Assembly: GCA_963767925.1 (NCBI GenBank)
Contig: CAVYGB010000010.1
Location: forward strand, 192,001 to 256,000
Direction: 5' to 3'
Length of the DNA: 64,000 nt
Origin: an uncultured delta proteobacterium
GTDB lineage: Bacteria; Myxococcota_A; Polyangia; Fen-1088
A program made the translations under genes and the position numbers. Under the pieces are notes generated by a model, which ran no database searches, had not been told where the DNA came from, and saw only the letters and a program-made list of their open reading frames with translations. Numbering within the stretch: the first letter of the stretch is position 1; every line of letters starts with the position of its first letter. Shown here in pieces: positions 13,495 through 23,657 of this stretch.

Positions 13495-14259
13495 ATGAGG
13501 TGCGGCGAAGCCAACGCTTTCATCCATGCTTACGTGGACGGGGAGCTGGCGGGGGTGGACCGGGACTCCTACGAGCAACATCTCCTGGAGTGCGACGGCT
13601 GCTCCCGCACCTGCCGGCTGCAGGCCCGCTTCAAGGCCGCCGTGCGCGGCCACCTGCACCGCCGCGAGGTGCCGGAGGGGCTGAGACGAAGGATCGAGCA
13701 AGCCATCGCCTTCGCCCCCCCGCCTCCCCGCCGCTGGCGCTGGCAGGTCTATCCCAAGCTCGCCCCCGCCGTGCTGATGCTGGGCGCGACCGCCGCCGTG
13801 GTGATGACCACCCGGGCCGGTCCCTCGATCGCCATGCAGCAGGGGATGCGGACCTTCAGCGCGGCGATGCCCATGGACGTGGTCAACTCGAGCTGCGCGG
13901 CGCTGGCCGACTGGTTCCGGGGCCGGGTCGGCTTCCCGGTCAAACCGCCCCCGGAGGGGGCGGGCGCGCGCTGCGAGGGTGGCCGCCTGCTGACGGTGGG
14001 CGACCGGCTGGCCGCCTACTTCAACGTCCGGGCCCTGTCGGGGCACAAGCTCGCCGTCATGGTGTTCGACGGCAACGACGACGAGATCGATGCGCCGGTG
14101 CGGAAGGTGGTCAGGGGTATGGAGATTCGGCTCATCACCCAGCGTGGCGCCTCGAGCGCCGCTTTCAGGGGGTGGGACGGATTGAACTACGTGGTGATCG
14201 GCGACCTCGACGCCGACTCTCTCACCAACTTCCTGACCGCCGCCTATAAGACCTATTGA
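13495..14259 (+). CDS. Zinc-finger (zf-HC2/ZAS) membrane anti-sigma factor
   Basis: MRCGEA...YVDGEL...EQHLLECDGC (HxxxCxxC), one TM segment, extracytoplasmic domain; starts 1 nt after the sigma stop. Confidence 0.88.
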   Translation: MRCGEANAFIHAYVDGELAGVDRDSYEQHLLECDGCSRTCRLQARFKAAVRGHLHRREVPEGLRRRIEQAIAFAPPPPRRWRWQVYPKLAPAVLMLGATAAVVMTTRAGPSIAMQQGMRTFSAAMPMDVVNSSCAALADWFRGRVGFPVKPPPEGAGARCEGGRLLTVGDRLAAYFNVRALSGHKLAVMVFDGNDDEIDAPVRKVVRGMEIRLITQRGASSAAFRGWDGLNYVVIGDLDADSLTNFLTAAYKTY

Positions 14260-14351
14260 GACCTGCCTGGGGGACCGGGGCGGAGCCGAGGCGGGAGGGT
14301 GTTAAACCGTGCGTTTTTGTGGCCCCTTCCGTAGTACATTTTTGATGTCCT

Positions 14352-16583
14352 ATGGCCAGTCGCACTCTGCTATGCGTGGAGCCCGATGAACGGGCCGTGG
14401 CCCAGATCCGCGGGGCTCTGGCGCCTTTTGGCATCGCCGTCGAGAACATCCCCAACGGGGAGGCGGCGGTCGAATGGGCCCGCGCCAACGGCCCCCTGCT
14501 GATCGTCGTCTCGGTCGAGCCGCGCAAGGTCGGATACGCCGTCTGCAACAAGCTGAAGCGCTCCTCCGACCTGCAGCACATCCCGCTCATCCTCACCTCG
14601 TCCGAGGAGACGCCCCAGACCTTCGAGCAGCACAAGAAGCTCAAGTCGAGGGCTGACGACTACCTGCTCAAGCCCTACGGCGACGACGACTTCGTCAGCA
14701 AGGTGGGCGGCCTCGTCGAGCTGCGGGCGCCCAGCCTGCACCGGCCGGGCAACGGGGCCAACCCCGACCACGCCCTGCTGGGGGCCGACGTGTCGGAGGA
14801 GCTGGCGGTCGCCGACAGCGACATCGTCCACGAGGACGAGGACGGCGGCCTGCATCGCCCGGCTTCGAGCCTTTTCGGCGGGCAGCGGGGTGGGCTCGAC
14901 GCTGCCTTCGAGCGGGAGACCGACGCCGCCTTCGCCGCCTTGCAATCAACGGGAGAGACCGCCCCTCTGGGGCCGGTCCGGGAGGTCGGAGCGTCGATGT
15001 GGGAGGAAGAGAAGACCCGGGCCACCAACGTCCTCGAGTCGGAGCTGCCGGAGGTGGAGGTGGAGGATACCGGGGGACCTTTCCTCGCCGGCCTCTTCCC
15101 CAGCCCTGAGTCGGCGACCCCCCCGCCCATGCCCGATGAGGTGAACCTCACGCCCGACCCGTCGATCGACGCCCGGATGAGCGAGCTGCAGGCCCGGGTG
15201 GAGACCCTCGAGAACGAGCGCCAGGGTCTGTTCGAGCAGCTCCAGGCGGCGCGACGCCTCAGCGAAAACACCCCCAGCCAGCCGCTCTCCAAGGATCGGG
15301 AGTACCTCTCGCTGCGGGAGATCATCAACCGCAAGGAGAAGGATCTCCTCGACCTGCGCGACGCCCTCGACGCCAAGGATCGGCAGATCCTGGACCAGAA
15401 GGATCGCTTTCGCGAGCAGGACCGGGCCCGGCGCGACCTCGAGGAGAAGATGCTCGAGGTCGAGCGCAACCTCGTGGCGGTCGAGGAGCGGTCCACCGCC
15501 CTGGCCCACGACAAGGAAAAGGCCATCGAGCGCGAGCGGACGCTCAAGGCTCGGCTCGACGAGCAGCAGCTCGAGCTGGCCGCCGCTCACGAGGAGAACG
15601 ACATCCTCGACAAGCGACTGGCCCAGACCGAGGGGTCCCGGGGCGACCTGGAGAGCCGCCTCACCGCCCTCGAGGAGCGCCACGCCGCCGAGCTGGCCCG
15701 CCTGCGCGAGGAGCGGACCCACGCCGAGAGCGAGCTGAAGAACGAGCTCGACGCCCAGCAGAAGCGATCGGCCGAGGAGATCAACGCCCTCTCCGACCAG
15801 TTGCTGGCCGAGCTCGATCGCCTGCGCAAGGAGCACGAGCAGGTCCTCGCCGCCACCCGGGACGACCAGACCGCCCTGCTCGAGCGCGAGCGCCAGACCC
15901 AGGCCGAGGCCCTGCAGACAAAGGACAAGGCCCACGCCGCCGAGCTGGAGTCCCTGCGCCACCGGCTCGAGGAGGAGCGCAACGAGGGCGACCAGCGCCG
16001 CCAGCGCGAGCTGGGCGAGGGCGAGACCCGCCGCCTCGTCGACCTCGAGGCGGCCGAACACCGCCGCCTCGACGAGATCCGCCAGCAGAAGGAAGACTAC
16101 GAGGCCAAGCTGAGCGCCCTCGAGCGGCTGCACCTGCACGAGAAGGGTGAGCTGACCGATCGCCACCGCGAGGAGCTGGAGCAGGGCGCCGGCCGATCGG
16201 TCCGGGCGGAGAACGAGCTGGAGAGCCGCACCGTCGAGCTGTCCGACCTCCGGTCCCGCTGGGACTCGCTGGAGAGCGACCGCGACCGGCAGGCCGCCGA
16301 GCTGGCCGAGCGCGAGTCGCGGCTGAGCCAGCTCCGGGACAAGGCGGCCGATCTGGAGGCCAAGGCGGCCGAATACGAGGACCAGATCCTGCGTGCCTAT
16401 CAGAAGCTCCGCTCGGACGACAAGCTGATCGAGCGGGCCAAGCGGGCCCTGGCGATCTCCTTGCAGGTGCTGGACGAGCGGACCGCGGCCCCCGGGTCGG
16501 CGCCGGGACCAACCGCCAGCGCCACGCCCCCCGCCCAGCTCGTGTCGGTGCAGTCCGGAGAAGATCCCGGGGCGGGCGGCTAA
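14352..16583 (+). CDS. AglZ/FrzS-like pseudo-receiver plus long coiled-coil protein
   Basis: Receiver fold with LIVVSVE (Ser at the phospho-Asp position) and [19 protein letters not shown], as I recall for AglZ/FrzS receivers; ~430-aa coiled coil. Confidence 0.8.
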   Translation: MASRTLLCVEPDERAVAQIRGALAPFGIAVENIPNGEAAVEWARANGPLLIVVSVEPRKVGYAVCNKLKRSSDLQHIPLILTSSEETPQTFEQHKKLKSRADDYLLKPYGDDDFVSKVGGLVELRAPSLHRPGNGANPDHALLGADVSEELAVADSDIVHEDEDGGLHRPASSLFGGQRGGLDAAFERETDAAFAALQSTGETAPLGPVREVGASMWEEEKTRATNVLESELPEVEVEDTGGPFLAGLFPSPESATPPPMPDEVNLTPDPSIDARMSELQARVETLENERQGLFEQLQAARRLSENTPSQPLSKDREYLSLREIINRKEKDLLDLRDALDAKDRQILDQKDRFREQDRARRDLEEKMLEVERNLVAVEERSTALAHDKEKAIERERTLKARLDEQQLELAAAHEENDILDKRLAQTEGSRGDLESRLTALEERHAAELARLREERTHAESELKNELDAQQKRSAEEINALSDQLLAELDRLRKEHEQVLAATRDDQTALLERERQTQAEALQTKDKAHAAELESLRHRLEEERNEGDQRRQRELGEGETRRLVDLEAAEHRRLDEIRQQKEDYEAKLSALERLHLHEKGELTDRHREELEQGAGRSVRAENELESRTVELSDLRSRWDSLESDRDRQAAELAERESRLSQLRDKAADLEAKAAEYEDQILRAYQKLRSDDKLIERAKRALAISLQVLDERTAAPGSAPGPTASATPPAQLVSVQSGEDPGAGG

Positions 16584-16624
16584 CCCGGCCCCCGCTCCGC
16601 CGGCAGGCTATTCTCCCCAGCATC

Positions 16625-18292
16625 TTGCACGAGCTCAGCGGCAACCTGACCGGGCTCAAACCGAGCGAGGTCAAGGCACTCGAGAGGATCTACCGCCGGC
16701 GGGTCTCGCCCACCGACGTCGTGTCGGCCGAGCTGGCCGGGTACATGTGTGGGCTGTCCCGGGAGATCGAGCGGCAGGTGGGGCTGCTGGCCAGCCGCCG
16801 GGGCGAGATCGAACACGTCTTCGTGGGCGACGCCTCGCGCATCTTCGTGCCCGAGTTCGGGCGCCTGCGGGCCGGCCGGGGACGTTTCCGCGGCCTGCGC
16901 CTGGTCCACACCCACCTGCGCAACGAAGCGCTGAGCCGGGACGACCTCGTCGACCTGGCCCTGCTGCGGCTCGATCTGATCGCCGCCGTGGGGGTCACCC
17001 GCGACGGCCGGCCGGCCGACCTCCACGTGGCCCACCTGCTGCCGCCCCGGGAGAGCGACAAGGAGCCCTGGGCGGTCCTGCCTCCGGTCCCCTTCGCCCG
17101 CTCCCAGCTCGACGTCGCCGAGATGGTGACCTCGCTCGAGGAGGAGTTCGAGCGGGCGGTCCCCTCGACGGTCGCCACCCGGGGGGCCGAGCGGGCCCTG
17201 CTGGTGGTGGTCGAGACCGGGGGGGCGCGGGCCGCCGGGAGGGCCTCGCTGGCCAGCCGGGTGGCCGAGCTGCGCGAGCTGTGCCGGACGGCCGGCATCG
17301 TCGTGGCGGGGGTTGTCGAGCAGCGGCGCCCGCAGGCCGATCCCAAGTACCTGGTGGGCAAGGGCAAGCTGGAGGACATGCTCGTGCGGGCCATGCAGCT
17401 CGACGCGGGCGTCTTCATCTTCGATCCCGAGCTGACCCCCGGTCAGGCCCACGCCATCGCCGACTTCACCGATCTCAAGGTGCTCGACCGGACGATGTTG
17501 ATCCTCGACATCTTCGCCCAGCGGGCGCGCAGCCGGGACGGCAAGCTGCAGGTGGAGCTGGCCCAGCTCCGCTACCGCCTGCCCCGCCTGCACGAGAAGA
17601 ACACCATGATGAGCCGCCTGGTGGGCGGCATCGGCGGGCGCGGCCCCGGCGAGACCAAGCTGGAGATCAACCGCCGGCGGGCCCGCGAGCGGATCCACCG
17701 GCTCGAGCAGGAGATCGACAGGTTCGGACGGCAGCGGGTCGAGCGCCGGGCCCAGCGCAGCCGGCGGGGCGTCCCCATCGTCGCCATCGTCGGCTACACG
17801 AACGCGGGCAAGTCCACCCTGCTCAACACCCTCACCCGCAGCGAGGTCCTGGCGGAGGACAAGCTGTTCGCCACGCTGGATCCCACAACCCGCCGCCTGC
17901 GCCTGCTACCGCCCTACCGGGAGTCGGACCGCCTGCGCCGGGCCGGGCACGAGCTGGTCATCGCCGACACGGTCGGGTTCATCCGGGACCTGCCCCGGGA
18001 CCTGGCCCGCGCCTTCCGGGCCACCCTCGAGGAGCTCAACGAGGCCGACCTGCTCCTGCACCTGGTGGACGCCGCCGACCCCGACCACGAGCAGCAGATG
18101 GACGCCGTCGAGCGCATCCTGGGGGACCTGGGTCTGGGGGAGACCCGACGGATCCTCGTCCTGAACAAGATCGACCTGCTGCCTCCAGACGACCGGGCGC
18201 GGCTCCTGGAAGACCCCCGGGTGGTCGCCATCTCGGCCCAGGACGCGGCCACCACCGCCCCCTTGCTCGACGCCGTGCAGTCGGCGCTGTAG
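16625..18292 (+). CDS. hflX: GTPase HflX (long N-terminal form)
   Basis: [60 protein letters not shown]. Confidence 0.96.
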   Translation: MHELSGNLTGLKPSEVKALERIYRRRVSPTDVVSAELAGYMCGLSREIERQVGLLASRRGEIEHVFVGDASRIFVPEFGRLRAGRGRFRGLRLVHTHLRNEALSRDDLVDLALLRLDLIAAVGVTRDGRPADLHVAHLLPPRESDKEPWAVLPPVPFARSQLDVAEMVTSLEEEFERAVPSTVATRGAERALLVVVETGGARAAGRASLASRVAELRELCRTAGIVVAGVVEQRRPQADPKYLVGKGKLEDMLVRAMQLDAGVFIFDPELTPGQAHAIADFTDLKVLDRTMLILDIFAQRARSRDGKLQVELAQLRYRLPRLHEKNTMMSRLVGGIGGRGPGETKLEINRRRARERIHRLEQEIDRFGRQRVERRAQRSRRGVPIVAIVGYTNAGKSTLLNTLTRSEVLAEDKLFATLDPTTRRLRLLPPYRESDRLRRAGHELVIADTVGFIRDLPRDLARAFRATLEELNEADLLLHLVDAADPDHEQQMDAVERILGDLGLGETRRILVLNKIDLLPPDDRARLLEDPRVVAISAQDAATTAPLLDAVQSAL

Positions 18293-18354
18293 AAGACCCT
18301 ATTCGTCGCCGGGTCCCCTCGCCTGGGCTGTCCTTCCGTGATACGTTTCGCCGC

Positions 18355-18483
18355 ATGCCAACCCGAGCGCTGCTCTACGCCGGTTTTCTGACCGTGGCGG
18401 TGGCGGTCCTGCTCGCCTACGGCCGGCTCCAGCGCACCGGGGGCGACGGCTCCGCGGACAGCGCCGTGGCCACGAACCGCTAG
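18355..18483 (+). CDS. Possible 42-aa single-pass membrane microprotein
   Basis: MPTRALLYAGFLTVAVAVLLAYGRLQR...; fills the gap between hflX and the convergent gene. Confidence 0.4.
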   Translation: MPTRALLYAGFLTVAVAVLLAYGRLQRTGGDGSADSAVATNR

Positions 18484-18493
18484 CGGCTCGCGC

Positions 18494-19369
18494 TCAACGC
18501 AGCGGCTTGGCCCGGACGCGGATCTTTCCGCCTTCGACCGAGACGTCGAGATCGATCCGATCGAGGGCCTGTCCGGCCAGCAGCTTCTCGAGCTTGTCGC
18601 GGAGCTGTTCGGGTGTCGCCCGGGGCGGCGCCCCCACCGCCTTGTGGTGGGCCTCGGAATACTTCTGAAAGAAGGCGGCGAGCTGCTTGTCGCTGAGTCG
18701 GCTGGCGGCGGCCGAGGGCGCCGGCGCTGCCGGGACGGCAGGCCTGGCCGGGGCGGCGGAGGTCGCCGGGGCTGCAGGTGCTGTCGGGGCTCCTGGCGCA
18801 GCGGGCGTGGCCGGCGTGGCCGGAGGGGACCCGGACTGGGCAACGGCCGTGGCCTCCTCGCCGGCGGCCGAGGCGGCGGCGGCCGAGGCGGCGGCGGCCG
18901 AGGCGGCGGCATCGGCGGCGCCCGCGGCCGAGCGGGCGGTGAGCTTGACCTGGCGGCCGACGAAAGCCCGGACCCGGCTGGCGGGGATGCCGAGGGCAAG
19001 CGCCTCCTGCTCGGTGATGTTGCCACCCCGTTCGGCGATGTGGCGGCGGGCGCGGGCCAGATCCCGACGGTAGGTGCCTCCGTCGATCTCCTGTATGGTG
19101 CGGTTCCAGTACGTCGTGTACAGGACCCACCTCTGCAGCAGCGACTGAAAACGGAATCGGAGCGTGGCGTTGTTGATGGGCGCTTGCTGCATCTCCACCA
19201 TCACCCGGTTCAGCTCGCGCCGGGGCACGTTGGGCGGGGCCCGCTCGATCCCCAGGAAAAAAGACTCGTAGAGCGCCCGTAGCCGATCCATCTTGCGCCC
19301 CATCTCCTCCAGCCGCGCGTCGAGCGACTCCCGGTCCTCGCTGGCCCCCCGCGCCACCGCCTTCTTCAC
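18494..19369 (-). CDS. MXAN_5187 C-terminal-domain-like myxobacterial protein
   Basis: LRALYESFFLGIER.PP, NATLRFRF, YTTYWNR..EID.GTY.RD; C-terminal LDVSVEGGKIRVRAKP; Ala/Pro linker. Confidence 0.7.
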   Translation of the reverse strand: MKKAVARGASEDRESLDARLEEMGRKMDRLRALYESFFLGIERAPPNVPRRELNRVMVEMQQAPINNATLRFRFQSLLQRWVLYTTYWNRTIQEIDGGTYRRDLARARRHIAERGGNITEQEALALGIPASRVRAFVGRQVKLTARSAAGAADAAASAAAASAAAASAAGEEATAVAQSGSPPATPATPAAPGAPTAPAAPATSAAPARPAVPAAPAPSAAASRLSDKQLAAFFQKYSEAHHKAVGAPPRATPEQLRDKLEKLLAGQALDRIDLDVSVEGGKIRVRAKPLR

Positions 19370-19387
19370 CCGTCAAGTGTACGTCGG

Positions 19388-20128
19388 ATGAGCCGCGGCC
19401 CCACCTCTCCCGTCCTGCTGGCCCTCGATACCTCCGGATCGACCGCCCGGGTGGCCCTCGTTTCGCCCGGGGGCCAGGTGATGGCCAGCGGCGAGCGCTC
19501 CGGACCCCGACATTCGGCTACCCTGCTCCCGCTGTGTGACCAGCTGCTCTCGCGCAGCGGCCTGGCCGTCTCCGGGCTGGCGGGCATCGCCTGTGGTCAG
19601 GGGCCGGGGAGCTTCACCGGGCTGCGGGTAGGTCTGGCGGTGGCCAAGGGGATGGCCCTGGCCCACGACCTGCCGATCCTGCTCGTCTCGTCGCTGGCCG
19701 CGCTGGCGACCGACCTGGCGCGGGACAGCCAGCCGCCGGCGCCCGGCACGTTGCTGGCCCCCTGCATCGACGCCGGCAAGGGGGAGGTCTACGGACAGCT
19801 CCACCGCCTCGACGGCGCGGGGGGCTGCGTGGCCGAGGGCGAGGAGCTGCGCCTGCTGCCCGCCGCCTACGCCGAGCAGCTCCGCCTGCACGCCGCCGGC
19901 GCCCCCATCCGGCTCGCCGGCACCGGCGCCGACCGCCACGCCGAGGCGTTCCTCGCCGCCCTGGGCGCCGACTCGGTCCTCCTGAACCTCCCGGTCCCCA
20001 GCGCCGCCGCCATCGCCCACCTGGCCCTGCCCCGCCTGGCCCGCGGCGAGCACGACGATCTCGACACCGCCATCCCCTCCTACGGCCGCCCGCCCGACAT
20101 CACGACCCCCAAGCCCCCCAGGGCCTAG
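19388..20128 (+). CDS. tsaB: tRNA threonylcarbamoyladenosine biosynthesis protein TsaB
   Basis: LLALDTS, HSATLLP, GQGPGSFTGLRVGLAVAKG, IDAGKGEVY, PSYGR. Confidence 0.93.
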   Translation: MSRGPTSPVLLALDTSGSTARVALVSPGGQVMASGERSGPRHSATLLPLCDQLLSRSGLAVSGLAGIACGQGPGSFTGLRVGLAVAKGMALAHDLPILLVSSLAALATDLARDSQPPAPGTLLAPCIDAGKGEVYGQLHRLDGAGGCVAEGEELRLLPAAYAEQLRLHAAGAPIRLAGTGADRHAEAFLAALGADSVLLNLPVPSAAAIAHLALPRLARGEHDDLDTAIPSYGRPPDITTPKPPRA

Positions 20129-21027
20129 CTCACGTCCCAGTCGAGGGCGCCGCGCAGGCCTTCCGGGATGGCGATCATGAGGTGCTCCTCGAAGCGCTCG
20201 CGATCGAAGGGGTCGGGGGCGGCGAACACGAAGCTGACCTGGCCCTCGACGAACTTCTTGCGCTCACCGAAGATGCGGCAGCCCGCCTGGAGCAGGATCC
20301 GCCGGTAGGCCTCTGCCGAGGGCACCACCGCGGCGTGGGGTAGGCCCTTGACCAGCAAGCGGGTGAAGGTCTCCCGCTCGAGCACCCACAACATCACCCA
20401 CCCGAAGGCGGTGGCGGTCACCGCGACGACAACCAGCTTGAGGCCGCAGCACACGCCCACCACCGCGGTCAGGATGACGCGCCCGGTGTCCTTGGCCGGA
20501 CCCACGTCGGTGCGAAAGCGCATCAGCCCGCCGATGCCGAAGACCACCAGGGCCATCGCGGGGTTCGCTTCCACGATGCGCGCGATCACCGCCCCCACCA
20601 GGGCGTACATGATGAAGGTCTTTGGTTGCTCGAGCTCGGGGAGGGTCGAGGCCTTCTCCCGCGTGCGAGGGTGGTAGGCGATGACCGCGGCCAGCGCCGC
20701 CGCCAGCATGAACACGATCACCATGTCGAGGACGCGCCAGCCATCGACGAAGGCAGCCCAGGGGATCCACAGGTCGTAAAACCCGAAGGGCCCGCTCTCG
20801 CCCAGCGAGGGGGGGACCTCTCCCGGCGCCAGAATGGCCTGCGTCGGATCGATTGCCAGGGCCAGCGGGGCGCGCAGCGCCGCCGCGAGCAGCAGGGCCG
20901 CCGCCAGCACCCCGCGCCGGTACGCGCGGGTGGCCGATGTAGCCGCCGCCCGCGCCCGACCTGCCGGGCGTACAAGGTAGCCAAAGAGACGAGAGTCTGC
21001 GAGCACCCGCGCCGGTTGCCTGTTCAT
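20125..21027 (-). CDS. DUF4956-like membrane protein
   Basis: Several TMs with ALVVFGIGGLMRFRT.V..AKDT and a C-terminal ACT-like soluble domain; start uncertain. Confidence 0.65.
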   Translation of the reverse strand: MNRQPARVLADSRLFGYLVRPAGRARAAATSATRAYRRGVLAAALLLAAALRAPLALAIDPTQAILAPGEVPPSLGESGPFGFYDLWIPWAAFVDGWRVLDMVIVFMLAAALAAVIAYHPRTREKASTLPELEQPKTFIMYALVGAVIARIVEANPAMALVVFGIGGLMRFRTDVGPAKDTGRVILTAVVGVCCGLKLVVVAVTATAFGWVMLWVLERETFTRLLVKGLPHAAVVPSAEAYRRILLQAGCRIFGERKKFVEGQVSFVFAAPDPFDRERFEEHLMIAIPEGLRGALDWDVS

Positions 21028-21171
21028 CGGCGGCAGGATACCCGTGCCCCTGGGGGCCGCAAGAGCCGCGCGCGCCGCGACCCGCGCAATCGGCCGACAT
21101 GTGACGTCGCGACCGGGGACCTTCACCCGTCTTTTTTTCCGCGGGCAGTAAACGTATGATCGGGCGGTTCA

Positions 21172-23637
21172 GTGTCGTCGGGGAGCCAGGGGAGCAGCAA
21201 CGAGGAGAGCGGGGCCGTCCGTGGCGACGCTCCCGTGACGGTGGCGTCGATCGAGCCTGCCGGTGAAGACGCCACCATGGCGGTGGCGGAGAACCAGCTG
21301 CCGGTCGACGAGGGCGACGGCATGACCGTCGCGCAGAACGGGCCCCTCGAGGACACCGCCGGCATGACGGTGGCGGAAAACCGGCCCGGCCAGGAGGGCG
21401 CGACTGTCACGGCGGCCTCGACCCCCGCCGACAGCGAGCCGCCGCTTGGCGAGGTCATCCCCGGGACCCAGTACCGCGTGCTCACCAAGCTGGGCAGCGG
21501 GGGCATGGGGACGGTCTACGCCGCCGAACACGTGGCCCTCGAGAAGAAGGTCGCCCTCAAGGTCCTGCGCCCCGACGTGGGCAACGCCCAGAACGCGGTC
21601 GATCGCCTGCGCGACGAGGCCCGGGCCGCCTCCCGGGTGGGCAGCCCCTTCATCTGCGACGTCACCGACTTCGGCCAGCTCCCCGACGGGCGCGTCTTCT
21701 TCGTCATGGAGTACCTCGACGGGCCCTCGCTGGGGCGGGTCCTGCGCAGCGGGGGTGCGCTGTCGCCGTCGCGGGCCCTGCCCATCTTGCGCCAGATCGC
21801 CAAGGGCCTGCAGGCGGCCCACCAGAAGGGCATCGTCCACCTCGACCTCAAGCCCGACAACGTCGTTTTGCTGAACCGGGACCGCCGCGCCGACCTGATC
21901 AAGCTCGTCGACTTCGGGGTCGCCCGCCTGCTCGGTGACTCCCGGCGCGACGACCAGGTGGCGGGGACGCCGGAGTACGTGGCCCCCGAGCGCTTCCTGG
22001 GCGCCGCGTACGATCATCGGGCCGACATCTACGCCCTCGGCGTGCTGGCCTACGAGACGTTGACCGGTGAGGTCCCCTTCCGCGCCTCGAGCTATCTCGG
22101 CACGCTCACAAAACACGTCGAGGAGCCTCCGCCCCCCCTGGAGCGGCGGGTGGGCGAACACGACATCCCCGAGGCCATCGCCGCGCTGGTGATGCAGATG
22201 CTCGAGAAGGACCCCACCGCCCGCCCGGCGAACATGTCGGTGGTGGAGGCCATGTTGTGCGAGGCCCAGATCACCGCCGGGCTGCGCACCTCCTGGGACG
22301 ACCTCGAGCTGCCCTCGGTCGACGAGATCTGGCGCAAGAAGCTCGCCGCGCGGATGCCCTCGCCCTGGGGCACCCAGAAGAAGGCCCTGATGGCGGGCGC
22401 GCTGGCCCTGGCCCTCTCGGGCGTGGCGGCCGCCGTGTATTTCGGGGTCGTCCGCGGACCCGACGTGGTGATCCGCTACGTGGAGGTGACCCGCACCGCC
22501 GAGGCCGAGTCGGTGGCGGCCTGGCTCGAGCGCGCCGAGGCGGCGGCCCGCAACCAGCGCTACGTCACCCCGCCCAGCGACTGCGCCCTCACCTACCTGC
22601 TGCACGCCGAGGCCGAGCAGACCCGGCTGGGGCGGCGCGAGAAGTCCGGGGGAGCCGAGCGCCTGCGACAGATGTTCGCCTCGACCCTGGTGGGCCTCGG
22701 CGACGAGCTGGCCCGGGCCAACCTGGGTCACCTGGCGGCGCTGAAGTACCGCGAGGCCCTTCTGTTCACGCCCGACGACGGCGCCCTGGCCAAGACCGCC
22801 CGCCTCACCCAGGACGAGGCCTCGCGCATGCGCGAGCGGATGCGGGTGGCCAAGGCTGCCACCGCCCAGGGGGCCGCGCCGGCCGCGACCCTCGCCGGTG
22901 AGCTCCGTCCCGACGAGGCCAAGGAGACCGCCACCAGCGCCTATCTGCTCGCCGCCCGCCAGGGCCGCTTCTCCGAGGCGCGGGTGGCCCTGCGCGCGCT
23001 GGCCACCCTGGATCGAAACGGCATCGAGCGGGCCAAGCTGGCCGACGCCTTCCGCAAGCGGGCCGACACGCTCTGGCCCAGCGAGCCCGCGGCGGCGCGG
23101 CCGCTCTACCAGCTCACCGCCGAGCTCGATCCGGGAGACGCCGAAGCGGCGCGGAGGGCCCATCCTCCCGCCCAGGCGGTGCCGCCCGCGCCCCCCAGGG
23201 AGCCCCCGCCCCCGCCCGTGTTCGGGCGCCCCCGCAAGATGGAGGTGCCCGAGACCCTGGCTCCCCGCGACCTGCCCGGGTCACGCACCGCCGCCGCCGC
23301 CGGGCAGGCGGCCCTGGCCCGCCTCTCGCTGACCGAGGCGGAGACCGCGTTTCTCCGGGCGCTGCAGGGCGATCCCAACAACACCGCCGCCATCGCCGGG
23401 CTGGCCGAGGTGGCCTTCGAGCGCTCCCGCTACGCCGAGGCCCTCGATTACGCGCGGCGGGCGGTGGCCCAGTCCCCGCAATCGGCCCGCTACCTCGTCT
23501 TGCTGGGCGATGCCCACTTCAAGCTGCTGCGCTTCGCCGACGCCCGGGCCACCTACAAGCGGGCGCTCAAGCTCTCCCCCGACAACCGCCTCATCCAGGG
23601 CCGGCTCGATCGCGTGCACGCCCGGCTGCGCGAGTGA
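21172..23637 (+). CDS. Membrane Ser/Thr protein kinase with C-terminal TPRs
   Basis: GSGGMGTVY, VALK, HLDLKPDN, DFG, GTPEYVAPE, DIYALG; TM ~aa 405-425; TPR motifs near C-terminus. Confidence 0.93.
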   Translation: MSSGSQGSSNEESGAVRGDAPVTVASIEPAGEDATMAVAENQLPVDEGDGMTVAQNGPLEDTAGMTVAENRPGQEGATVTAASTPADSEPPLGEVIPGTQYRVLTKLGSGGMGTVYAAEHVALEKKVALKVLRPDVGNAQNAVDRLRDEARAASRVGSPFICDVTDFGQLPDGRVFFVMEYLDGPSLGRVLRSGGALSPSRALPILRQIAKGLQAAHQKGIVHLDLKPDNVVLLNRDRRADLIKLVDFGVARLLGDSRRDDQVAGTPEYVAPERFLGAAYDHRADIYALGVLAYETLTGEVPFRASSYLGTLTKHVEEPPPPLERRVGEHDIPEAIAALVMQMLEKDPTARPANMSVVEAMLCEAQITAGLRTSWDDLELPSVDEIWRKKLAARMPSPWGTQKKALMAGALALALSGVAAAVYFGVVRGPDVVIRYVEVTRTAEAESVAAWLERAEAAARNQRYVTPPSDCALTYLLHAEAEQTRLGRREKSGGAERLRQMFASTLVGLGDELARANLGHLAALKYREALLFTPDDGALAKTARLTQDEASRMRERMRVAKAATAQGAAPAATLAGELRPDEAKETATSAYLLAARQGRFSEARVALRALATLDRNGIERAKLADAFRKRADTLWPSEPAAARPLYQLTAELDPGDAEAARRAHPPAQAVPPAPPREPPPPPVFGRPRKMEVPETLAPRDLPGSRTAAAAGQAALARLSLTEAETAFLRALQGDPNNTAAIAGLAEVAFERSRYAEALDYARRAVAQSPQSARYLVLLGDAHFKLLRFADARATYKRALKLSPDNRLIQGRLDRVHARLRE

Positions 23638-23657
23638 GCAGCCCGATCGCCACTCGC

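Noticed and set aside
18864..18920. 15-bp repeats (gccgaggcggcggcg) in the MXAN_5187-like gene
   Set aside because: They simply encode a low-complexity SAAAA linker.
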